A model generated the notes under the pieces. The model was not told where the DNA came from. It saw nothing but the letters and a program-made list of their open reading frames with translations, and did not search any database. Below, one piece after another: positions 52,968-59,991 of a DNA stretch of 59,991 bases (position 1 is the first letter of the stretch; each line of letters opens with the position of its first letter). The DNA is from Bacteroidia bacterium. Lineage in GTDB: Bacteria; Bacteroidota; Bacteroidia; Chitinophagales; BACL12. The stretch is taken from positions 1-59,991 of the forward strand of contig JAUIHG010000002.1 of the NCBI GenBank assembly GCA_030432405.1, written 5' to 3'. The translations under genes were made by a program, and so were the position numbers.

Positions 52968-55811
52968 TCAGTCCAGGAGCTGGATGCGGATGCCGGAGAC
53001 GCCCGTTGCGTGGGTGACCCGCAGCAAATAGGCCGAAGCCGGGAGACCGCCTACGGCCAGCACGCGGCGCAGACCCGGGGTGGCGCTTTCGCCGGTCCAG
53101 CTCCGCTGGACACGGCCCGCCATGTCCACCAGGTCGAGTTGATAGGCACCCGCCGGGAAATCCGCAGCCTGCAGCAGCACCTGGGTGGTGGCCGGGTTGG
53201 GCATCACTTGCACGTCCAGGGGAAGGCCCGAAGCGGCCATGCGCGGCAGCAGGTAGGTGAAGGTGTCCAGCGGCGAGAAGTCGGTCTCTTCGCCCGGCAG
53301 GGGCGGCACCGAACAGGAGCACTTTACGCGCCACTCGTAGCTCTGGCCAGGCACAAAGCCGGAAGCCGGGAGCGTATCGGACGTGGGCGGATCGCCGTCC
53401 AGGATGCGCAGGGCAAAGGTGGCGGCGCCCAGCGGGCGAATGTTCAGGCGGCAGTTGATCATGCCGTTCGGCGGATCCCAGCTCAACACGATGCTCGAGT
53501 CCACCGGCTGGAAGGCCGCGCCCAAAAGAATCGGCACGGAATCCGAATTGCAGCCCGAACCCGACGAAGTATCCGGGTAGGTAAAGGTCTCGATGCTCGA
53601 GGGGTTGGTCAGGTCCGAAGCGGTCGGCGGGATGATGCAGGCACCCGTGACAAACCATTCGTAGGTCTGGCCGGCAGTCAGCTGGCCTTCGGGCACCGAA
53701 AGGTTGGACACCTCGAAGCCGAGGCGGCGTACGTTGGCAAAACCCGGTGCGCCGAGCGGCCGGCCGCTGACCTGGATGCCCACCGTGGTGGGGATCGGAT
53801 CCCAGCTCAGGTCCATATTGCCGGTCACGGCATTGTAGCTGGACTGGAGGTTGGTCGGGGTTTGGGCCGTACAGTCAAAGCAGGGCGCCGGGGCCGTCCA
53901 GGCGCTGTCCAGCGCGAAGGCGCAGGCCGAGTCCGCGGTGTACAACACCGTCAGATCCACCGGCAGCCCGTCCGAAGACAAGCCCGTCAAAAGCACCGTG
54001 TCCGCATCGGCGGCAAACAGCACGCCATTGACCGAAAGGCTGTCCGTGGCCGGAGCGCTCGTGCTGTACACAATCAGCTCCTGGCTGTAGGTATCCGTCA
54101 GCGGGTCGCAGGCGCTTTGTGTGCCCAGCAACACCGAGTCGATGGCGCAGGGCGGCAGCAGGCAGCTCTCCGGGGCCGTCCACGCGCTGTCCAGCGCGAA
54201 GGCGCAAGCCGAGTCCGCGGTGTACAACACCGTCAGATCCACCGGCAGCCCGTCCGAAGACAAGCCCGTCAACAGCACCGTGTCCGCATCGGCGGCAAAC
54301 AGCAGGCCGTTGACCGACAGGCTGTCCGTGGCCGGGGCATCCGTGCTGTACACAATCAGCTCCTGGCTGTAGGTGTCGGTCAATGGGTCGCAGGCGCTTT
54401 GCGTGCCCAGCACCACCGAGTCGATCGCGCAGGCCGGCGCTACGGCGCAGGTGTCCTGCTTTTCCAGGGCGCCGATGTCCGAGCGGCCGTCCACCATGCG
54501 GGGCAGGCGGCGCTGGTCCAGCGTGGAAGCCAGGCCAGGATTAGCAGCATTGATGGCCGCAGAACCGCAAAGCAAAGCGTGGGTGCGGGTCTCACCGCCG
54601 TTGTTGGCCAGGGGGCCAAGCATGGCCGGTGCACCGATCAAATCGCCGGTACCGGCACTGAAGGAACCATCGTCGATGACGCCGTAGAGGTTGTAGGCGC
54701 TCGTGAAAATCGTGCTGGCGTTGGCGATGTCATCGGCCAGGGTGTCCACGCGGTTGCCGGACAGGATGCTGTTGTCGATGACGCGCAAGACAAAGGTGGA
54801 CACGAGGAAAAATCCACCGCCATCCAGGGCAGCCGTATTGTCGGTGACCGTATTGGAACGGCAAAGGATCTCACTGGAGATGTGGGCCGCGCCGCCATTG
54901 CCACCGGCGCTGTTGCCGCTCCAGGTGCTGTTCTCTACCGACAGTCCGGCTCCGGAAGCGGTGTATACGCCGCCCCCATCGCCAATGGCGTCGTTTTCGG
55001 CAAAAGTGCTCCGGCTGACCACCAGGTCCACCAGGGCATAGGCTGCGCCGCCGTTGCCGCCGGCGCTGTTGTTGGAAAAGGAAATGCGGCTGGCCGTGCA
55101 GCTGCCTGCAGCCGCATACAGCCCACCGCCGTCCAGCAGTGCTTCGTTGCGGCCAATGAGGCCTTCGGTCAGGGTGGCGGTGCTGCCCTCAAGCCACAAG
55201 CCGCCGCCTTGTGGAGCCGTATTGTCCTCCACCTTGAAATCAAAGAGGCCGAGGAAGCCCCCGGCGGCATATACGCCTCCGCCCTTTTGGGCGAAGCCGT
55301 TTTTGATCACTGTGGTACTGGCAGACAGGTTGCCGCTGGAATAAATGGCCCCGCCGAGGGAGTCGGCCGTGCAGCCGAGGAGCTTGACATCGTTCAGCTC
55401 CAGGTTGCCGGCATTGTAGATGCCGCCGCCGTTGGCGCCTTCGCCGGTTCCACCGGCGAAACCCAGGGCCAGGGTATAGCCGCGGACTTCGGCGGTCACG
55501 CCGGAATCCACGCGGAAAATGCGGGACACCCCGTTGGCATTGATGGCGGTATTGCTGCCGCCCAGGCCGACGATCAGCAGGTCCTTGTCCAGGACCAGCT
55601 CACCCGTGGTGAGGGTGAAAATGGCGCCGGACAGGCTGCCGTCCAGGATGATGGTATCGCCGGCCGCGGCCGAATCGATGGTGCTCCGCAAGCTGCCGGC
55701 ACCGGCGTCCGCCGTGCTGGTTACGGTAAGGATATCGGCGCTGAGCGTGTGTGCGCTGAGCAACACCATCAAAAGGGCGAACGTTTGGGAGAGTCTAAGG
55801 CTTCTGCTCAT
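52968..55811 (-). CDS. Beta-helix (Pmp-type repeat) adhesin-like protein with a tandem duplicated module, Fn3-like domains and a T9SS type-A sorting domain
   Basis: The start is trimmed to MSRSLRLSQTFALLMVLLSAHTLSA (ATG 55811). The track extension to 56330 is R/P/G-rich and overlaps the divergent gene. Repeats of the GGGIYNAGNL, GGAIYSSGNL and GGGVYAAGG type are present, along with a DQRRLPRMVDGRSDIGALE motif. The C-terminus VMPNPATTQVLL...YLLRVTHATGVSGIRIQLLD is a T9SS tail. Confidence 0.88.
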   Translation of the reverse strand: MSRSLRLSQTFALLMVLLSAHTLSADILTVTSTADAGAGSLRSTIDSAAAGDTIILDGSLSGAIFTLTTGELVLDKDLLIVGLGGSNTAINANGVSRIFRVDSGVTAEVRGYTLALGFAGGTGEGANGGGIYNAGNLELNDVKLLGCTADSLGGAIYSSGNLSASTTVIKNGFAQKGGGVYAAGGFLGLFDFKVEDNTAPQGGGLWLEGSTATLTEGLIGRNEALLDGGGLYAAAGSCTASRISFSNNSAGGNGGAAYALVDLVVSRSTFAENDAIGDGGGVYTASGAGLSVENSTWSGNSAGGNGGAAHISSEILCRSNTVTDNTAALDGGGFFLVSTFVLRVIDNSILSGNRVDTLADDIANASTIFTSAYNLYGVIDDGSFSAGTGDLIGAPAMLGPLANNGGETRTHALLCGSAAINAANPGLASTLDQRRLPRMVDGRSDIGALEKQDTCAVAPACAIDSVVLGTQSACDPLTDTYSQELIVYSTDAPATDSLSVNGLLFAADADTVLLTGLSSDGLPVDLTVLYTADSACAFALDSAWTAPESCLLPPCAIDSVLLGTQSACDPLTDTYSQELIVYSTSAPATDSLSVNGVLFAADADTVLLTGLSSDGLPVDLTVLYTADSACAFALDSAWTAPAPCFDCTAQTPTNLQSSYNAVTGNMDLSWDPIPTTVGIQVSGRPLGAPGFANVRRLGFEVSNLSVPEGQLTAGQTYEWFVTGACIIPPTASDLTNPSSIETFTYPDTSSGSGCNSDSVPILLGAAFQPVDSSIVLSWDPPNGMINCRLNIRPLGAATFALRILDGDPPTSDTLPASGFVPGQSYEWRVKCSCSVPPLPGEETDFSPLDTFTYLLPRMAASGLPLDVQVMPNPATTQVLLQAADFPAGAYQLDLVDMAGRVQRSWTGESATPGLRRVLAVGGLPASAYLLRVTHATGVSGIRIQLLD
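53891..54454 (-). repeat. Tandem direct duplication, 2 x 282 bp (94 codons), roughly 93% identical, inside the adhesin CDS
   Basis: The copies at 53891-54172 and 54173-54454 were aligned by eye. The peptides are CAIDSV(V/L)LGTQSACDPLTDTYSQELIVYST(D/S)APATDSLSVNG(L/V)LFAADADTVLLTGLSSDGLPVDLTVLYTADSACAFALDSAWTAP. Confidence 0.9.
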
Positions 55812-55939
55812 GGATGTGGCATTGGGAGTGGGATAAGGCTTTGCCGTTCCTGCAATGGAACAAGGTACGCCGTTCTCTTGCTCGTTCCTAGCCATTTCCA
55901 CCATATGATGGACCTTCTTCTTGAAGCCGTCTTGGGCGC

Positions 55940-56635
55940 TTGATCCGCATTTTGGACACGCCAAATTGTTGCAAGACCTATCATCGCAGCGTGGAACGCC
56001 TAAACGACGGATTCCGGGACACCTGGTCCGACCCCGCTGCCGAAGCTCCCGGGCTGCGCTACGAAACCATTCCCGGCACCTTTGTGGCCGCATTCGGTGC
56101 TTGCATCCTGGCCGCTTCGGCCTTTGCCTGGTGGTACCTGGATTACCACATTGAGGCCCGTTTTGACCCCGACCAGCTCTTTGGCAGTTGGGAGGCCATT
56201 CCGCGCCAATGGGCGCTGGTACTGGGTTTGACGGCTTGTACGCTGGTTTTCCTGGCGCTATTGGGCGCCCTGTTTTGGACCCGCGCGTTCGCGCGAACGC
56301 GCAACCTCCCGCTGTGGAACGCCGCCGCACGCGACGCCCTCTACGCCTTTGTCCTGCCCTGTTTCTGGGGTGGCCTTTTGGCGGCCGTGCTGCTGGGCCG
56401 TTTCCAGCTTTTTGGGCTGGTGGCCCCGATTTCCCTGCTGTTTCCGGGCATTGGCTTGATGGCCGCAGCCCCGCAAAGCCACCGGGCCTTCGCCGGACTT
56501 GGCGCCGGTATGGCGCTTTTGGGGATTGTGGCCGCCTGGTTTCCCCGGGAAAGCCTGCCGTTCTGGGCCCTTGGTTTTGGCCTCATGCCCCTGATCACCG
56601 GCCTGGCCATTGCACGGCGCCAGGCCGGGCGTTGA
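55940..56635 (+). CDS. Hypothetical polytopic membrane protein
   Basis: The ORF has GC3-rich codon usage and 4-5 hydrophobic helices (FVAAFGACILAASAFAWWYL, WALVLGLTACTLVFLALLGALFW, ALYAFVLPCFWGGLLAAVLLG, and others). The track start is TTG and the true start is uncertain. No family was recognised. Confidence 0.55.
   Translation: MIRILDTPNCCKTYHRSVERLNDGFRDTWSDPAAEAPGLRYETIPGTFVAAFGACILAASAFAWWYLDYHIEARFDPDQLFGSWEAIPRQWALVLGLTACTLVFLALLGALFWTRAFARTRNLPLWNAAARDALYAFVLPCFWGGLLAAVLLGRFQLFGLVAPISLLFPGIGLMAAAPQSHRAFAGLGAGMALLGIVAAWFPRESLPFWALGFGLMPLITGLAIARRQAGR
56283..56302. repeat. 20-nt perfect palindrome GCGCGTTCGCGCGAACGCGC (family A variant), intragenic
   Basis: Read directly. It encodes RAFARTR in the hypothetical membrane protein. 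Confidence 0.95.
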
Positions 56636-56726
56636 ACCGCGCGGTGTCCGTTGCCGTTCAGCATTGCGGTAATTTTCGGGACCGGCCCGCAGCGCAATTC
56701 CGCCCGATCCGCACAAACCTCCGCTT

Positions 56727-57899
56727 ATGTCCTTCCGCTCCTTCCCCCGCCGTTTCCATGTATGGTTTGCCGTGGTGCTGGCCTTTGGCGCCGCTCCACA
56801 GGTTTTGGCGCAGGGCACCCTCGTCTTCGACAGCCTGGAGCATGAAGGCTATATGCGCCAGTATTTTGTCTTTGAACCATCAGGTTACGACGGCAGTTTG
56901 GAGGTTCCCCTGGTGCTCAACCTGCACGGGGCCGGTTCCACGGCCGCGGAACAATTGCTGTACTCCAAGTTGAACACGGTGGCCGACACCGCAGGCTTTC
57001 TGGTGGCCTATCCGGATGCCGTGGACAATTTCTGGAACAGCGGTCTGCCCCTTGACCCCGGCGTGGTCCTTCCGGACGATGTGTCCTTTCTCAGCGCCCT
57101 GCTCGACACCCTGGAGCAGCGCTATGCCGTGGACGAGGACCGCATCTACAGCACCGGGATGAGCAATGGCGGTTTCATGAGCCACCGCCTGGCCTGTGAA
57201 ATGCCGGGCCGCCTGGCGGCGATCGCTTCGGTGACGGGGTCCATGGCGCCATCCGTGCTTTCGGCGTGTTCGCCGGGCGAGGCGGTTCCCGTTTTTCAGA
57301 TCCACGGGACCTCCGACCTCACGGTCCCCTATGAAGGCGCGGCGTACAGCGCACCGGTTGAGGATGTGGTGGACTTCTGGGTGGACAACAATGCCTGCCC
57401 GGAAGGTCCGGGTGCCGGCCCCTATACCGATACCCTGCCGGACATTGCCGCAGACAACACGGTGACCATTTCCCGACGCTGGTTGGCTTGCCAGGACTGG
57501 TCCGAAGTGCTGCTCTACAAAGTCAACATGGGCGGCCATACCTGGCCCGGCAGTTTCCCCCTGCCCGGCGCCGGCAATACCGCACAGGATTTTTTGGCCC
57601 ACACCGAGATCTGGGCCTTTTTCCGCCGCCACAACCGCGGTCAGGTCTTCACAGGCTTGCACGGTCCTTCAACAGACCGCTCAGCACCCCTGCTCTGGCC
57701 CAATCCCGGTCGTTCCTGGCTGCAGCTGGATGCCCGTGCGGGCAGCCTGGTCCGCGCATGGGACGCCACTGGCCGCTTGCAGGCCACCTGGCGGGTGCCG
57801 CAAAGCGGCGAACGCATCCAAACGGCGCATTGGCCCGCTGGCCTGTACTGGATTCAGGTGGAAGGGAGTGCCGCGCAGTCCTGGGTTAAAATGGACTGA
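56727..57899 (+). CDS. PHB-depolymerase-family (LpqC-like) esterase with a T9SS type-A sorting domain
   Basis: The signal is MSFRSFPRRFHVWFAVVLAFGAAPQVLAQ, followed by LVLNLHGAGS and the nucleophile elbow GMSNGGFMS. The C-terminus LLWPNPGRSWLQL...GLYWIQVEGSAAQSWVKMD is a T9SS tail. Confidence 0.85.
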   Translation: MSFRSFPRRFHVWFAVVLAFGAAPQVLAQGTLVFDSLEHEGYMRQYFVFEPSGYDGSLEVPLVLNLHGAGSTAAEQLLYSKLNTVADTAGFLVAYPDAVDNFWNSGLPLDPGVVLPDDVSFLSALLDTLEQRYAVDEDRIYSTGMSNGGFMSHRLACEMPGRLAAIASVTGSMAPSVLSACSPGEAVPVFQIHGTSDLTVPYEGAAYSAPVEDVVDFWVDNNACPEGPGAGPYTDTLPDIAADNTVTISRRWLACQDWSEVLLYKVNMGGHTWPGSFPLPGAGNTAQDFLAHTEIWAFFRRHNRGQVFTGLHGPSTDRSAPLLWPNPGRSWLQLDARAGSLVRAWDATGRLQATWRVPQSGERIQTAHWPAGLYWIQVEGSAAQSWVKMD

Positions 57900-57901
57900 G
57901 G

Positions 57902-58756
57902 TCAGGAAGCGCTGAGGCCTTCGGCCGAAGGCCGGAAACAGGCAAAAGCGTCCTGGATGCTCGTATACAGCGTGAAGCAGGCTTCGTGGTTCAGCGTCAG
58001 CTCCAGGAGTCCCTGGCGGTACAGCGGGGTGGCCTCGGCATAGGCCATCCAGGCTTCGTCGGGCCCCAGACGGGAGCGACGCCCGGCATCCGGCCGGTTC
58101 CAGGCCGTCAACCCATCGGCATGCAGGCCCATGTGGCGCTTGGGCAACAGGCGGATCAGCCAGCCTTCAAAGCGGCCTTCGTCCTGCCCCTTGCGGTCAA
58201 AGGCATCGATGTGCTCTTCGGCGGATAGCCAGGAAAACTCCAACCGGCCCTGCGCATTGCGGATTTCGGCCAGGTCCTGGCTTTTGTATTGGTCGGGCGT
58301 GAAATCAAACAGATGGCTGTCCCGGAAAACAAAGGGCGGCATGTAGCGGTGGGTCATCAGGGAATAGGTTTCCCCCTTATTGTGGTCGACCGTGCTTTCC
58401 AAAATGGCGCGCAGCACCAGGCGGCGCAGGTCTTCGGCAACAGTGATGCGCTGCCGGCGCTCCCGCTTGCCAAACAGCATCCGGTAAGCCAGGTAGAGGA
58501 TCAGTAAAAAGCCCACCATCAGCGATGGGAAAAAGGCCAGAATGCTGAGGGCCACAGCCAGGACTGTGCTGATGCCGATGTACAGCAAACGGATGCGCTG
58601 CTTACGGTAGATCCCGTTGGCTTCGGCCAGGGTAGGCGCTACGGCAGCATCCAGGCGTTGGCGGAAATCGGATTCGGACAGGCGGGGACTGGGCATCGGG
58701 CTGGGCTTCGGGGCTGCGTCTGCGGAAAACGCAGTGCCGCGAAGTTCGGTCGGCAT
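57902..58756 (-). CDS. Hypothetical membrane protein (possibly DUF3137-like)
   Basis: The start is trimmed to MPTELRG (ATG 58756), which lies just downstream of the lspA stop. The track extension to 58903 would overlap lspA. It has two adjacent TM helices (LLYIGISTVLAVALSILAFFPSLMVGFLLILYLAY) followed by a soluble domain. The family guess is weak. Confidence 0.6.
   Translation of the reverse strand: MPTELRGTAFSADAAPKPSPMPSPRLSESDFRQRLDAAVAPTLAEANGIYRKQRIRLLYIGISTVLAVALSILAFFPSLMVGFLLILYLAYRMLFGKRERRQRITVAEDLRRLVLRAILESTVDHNKGETYSLMTHRYMPPFVFRDSHLFDFTPDQYKSQDLAEIRNAQGRLEFSWLSAEEHIDAFDRKGQDEGRFEGWLIRLLPKRHMGLHADGLTAWNRPDAGRRSRLGPDEAWMAYAEATPLYRQGLLELTLNHEACFTLYTSIQDAFACFRPSAEGLSAS
57916..57933. 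repeat. 18-nt perfect palindrome GGCCTTCGGCCGAAGGCC (family B)
   Basis: Read directly. It lies in the last codons of the minus-strand gene (RPSAEGL) and 17 nt past the stop of the convergent esterase gene. Confidence 0.95.
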
Positions 58757-58763
58757 TTTGGCA

Positions 58764-59501
58764 TCAGCCGGCCGTATCCGTGCGCTCCGCTGAATCCGGC
58801 TTGCGGGGGATGTCCTGGTCGGCGTGCCTGTCCGGCGAAGGCGTGGTGCTGTCCGGGAGGCCGGGTTCGCCGGCAGGCGTTTCCTCCACCCATTCCCGCG
58901 CAAAATGGCCGCGTTGAAACAACAGGATGCTGATCACCCCGACGCTGATGGCGGCATCGGCCAGGTTGAAGACGGGGGCAAAAAAGGTGAAGCGCCGACC
59001 GCCCATCAGCCAATCCGGATAGTGTCCCGTCCAGACGGGGAAATAGAACATATCGACCACCTTGCCGAAAAACACCGGCGCATAGCCGCCGCCTTCCGGA
59101 AGGAACTGCGCCACCGGCCCGTGCATGGTGCTTGCCGAAAACAGGATGCCGTAAAACACGGAGTCCAGGATATTGCCGGTTGCACCGGCGAACACGAGCG
59201 CTATGCTGGTGACCAGGCCCATGCTGGCGCCCTTGCGCACCAGTTGCACAAGGTAGTAGCCGATGAAGGACACGGCCACGATCCTGAACAGCGTGAGAAA
59301 AAGCTTTCCGTTTCGTCCGCCGAAGGTCAGGCCAAAGGCCATGCCCTCGTTTTCCGTAAAATGGATCCGGAATTGTTCAGAGCCAAGAATCAGGGAGCCC
59401 GTTTCAAGGACGTAACTCGTCTTGACGTGGAACTTCAGAGCCTGGTCCGCGACAAGCACGGCCAGGATGAGGCACAAGGCGACCCAGGCGCTTTGCTTCA
59501 A
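58764..59501 (-). CDS. lspA: Lipoprotein signal peptidase (signal peptidase II) with a roughly 50-aa disordered C-terminal tail
   Basis: Motifs are ADQALKFHVK, NEGMAFG and FNLADAAISVGVISILL. The tail REWVEETPAGEPGLPDSTTPSPDRHADQDIPRKPDSAERTDTAG follows. Confidence 0.9.
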   Translation of the reverse strand: MKQSAWVALCLILAVLVADQALKFHVKTSYVLETGSLILGSEQFRIHFTENEGMAFGLTFGGRNGKLFLTLFRIVAVSFIGYYLVQLVRKGASMGLVTSIALVFAGATGNILDSVFYGILFSASTMHGPVAQFLPEGGGYAPVFFGKVVDMFYFPVWTGHYPDWLMGGRRFTFFAPVFNLADAAISVGVISILLFQRGHFAREWVEETPAGEPGLPDSTTPSPDRHADQDIPRKPDSAERTDTAG

Positions 59502-59508
59502 TGCAGGC

Positions 59509-59895
59509 TTACTGTTGCGCCTTCTTGGCGTCGATGCTCAAGGTGGCGTGGGGCACCACACGCAGACGCTCTTTGGCAATGAGTTTGCCGGTGGCGCGGC
59601 AGATGCCGTAGGTGCCGTTCTGGATACGCAGCAGGGCCTTTTCCAGGTGGCCGATGTACTTGTCCTGACGCGCGGCATGCTGGTTGAGCTGCTCGCGTTC
59701 CAGGGTACCGGCTCCGTCTTCAAGGCCGCGGAAACGGGATTCGCTGCTGTCTGCGCTGAATTCGCCTTTGCGGGAAATCTGCTCCTGCAGGTATTCCAGC
59801 TCAGCGCGGGCTGCTTTCAGCTTGCGTTCGATGATGCCTTTGAACTCTTCGAGATCAGCATCGGAGTAGCGGTTGGCGCTTCCCTCGTGGTTCAC
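59509..59895 (-). CDS. DksA/TraR-family protein (Bacteroidota type with a degenerate zinc finger)
   Basis: Has RYSDADLEEFKGIIERKL, a coiled-coil region and then LLRIQNGTYGICRATGKLIAKERLRVVPHATLSIDAK. The track start is GTG at 59895. The frame stays open upstream to the window edge (…KSTTKKAAQKRTHAKAVPSHSVPAGNAQSTAP), so the true start may lie outside the window. Confidence 0.8.
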   Translation of the reverse strand: MNHEGSANRYSDADLEEFKGIIERKLKAARAELEYLQEQISRKGEFSADSSESRFRGLEDGAGTLEREQLNQHAARQDKYIGHLEKALLRIQNGTYGICRATGKLIAKERLRVVPHATLSIDAKKAQQ

Positions 59896-59991
59896 GGGAG
59901 CGGTGGATTGTGCGTTGCCGGCCGGGACGCTGTGGCTTGGAACAGCCTTGGCATGCGTCCGCTTCTGCGCGGCTTTTTTGGTGGTTGATTT

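Noticed and set aside
53891-54454. Tandem repeat considered as a DGR template/variable repeat pair or a CRISPR-like array
   Set aside because: There are only two long (282-bp) coding copies with no spacers. The substitutions are of mixed type rather than adenine-specific. No reverse transcriptase or cas gene is in the window.
52941-55943. 1000-aa plus-strand ORF antisense to the beta-helix adhesin
   Set aside because: Its composition is shadow-ORF-like (G/A/R/V-rich, with repeats mirroring the Pmp repeats on the other strand). The minus-strand frame has a signal peptide, Pmp repeats and a T9SS tail.
55812-56330. N-terminal 173-aa extension of the adhesin ORF in the track (start at 56330)
   Set aside because: The extension is Arg/Pro/Gly/Cys-rich and overlaps the divergent membrane-protein gene. 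An internal Met at 55811 gives a textbook signal peptide. Similar spurious extensions were trimmed at 34918-35148 (mvaD) and 58757-58903.

Overview
GC-rich (over 60% by eye, not computed) bacterial chromosomal segment. It is almost certainly Bacteroidota, inferred from a fused ccoNO, a mono-haem ccoP, many T9SS type-A and type-B C-terminal sorting domains, a GYDIA-type GHMP kinase and a TAnnTTTG-like promoter box.

Content from left to right:
- a partial giant BNR/beta-helix secreted protein;
- a complete cbb3 oxidase cluster on the minus strand (ccoI-ccoS-ccoNO-ccoQ-ccoP-ccoG-fixH-DsbD_2). ccoS and ccoQ fall below the ORF-track size cutoff and were found by hand translation;
- a DUF2341/LamG T9SS protein and an SDR;
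- a co-directional block of TPR, giant MORN-repeat, transglutaminase-like and degenerate transglutaminase-like proteins;
- two translationally coupled T9SS type-B proteins;
- a solitary SRA-like/HNH endonuclease;
- a mevalonate-pathway cluster (two GHMP kinases, decarboxylase, class II HMG-CoA reductase, IDI-2);
- two ECF sigma modules, nhaD, a DinB-family gene, an acyl-CoA ligase and thiL;
- a T9SS cargo island that includes a lysyl-oxidase-like protein and a beta-helix adhesin with a 282-bp tandem duplication;
- lspA and a dksA-like gene.

No rRNA, tRNA, CRISPR array, transposase or integrase was recognised.

The most unusual sequence-level signal is a family of exact 18-20 nt composite palindromes (X-TTC-X-GAA-X, where X is GCGC or GGCC). 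They sit in frame inside unrelated genes, which is reminiscent of cyanobacterial HIP1 elements.

I did not find a convincing novel multi-gene defence or mobile system. The best candidates for new biology are flagged with caveats.

Many long ORFs in the supplied track are antisense shadow ORFs typical of high-GC DNA and are rejected. All calls rest on hand reading of motifs, with no BLAST or HMM search, so family names are recollection-based and motif coordinates are approximate.
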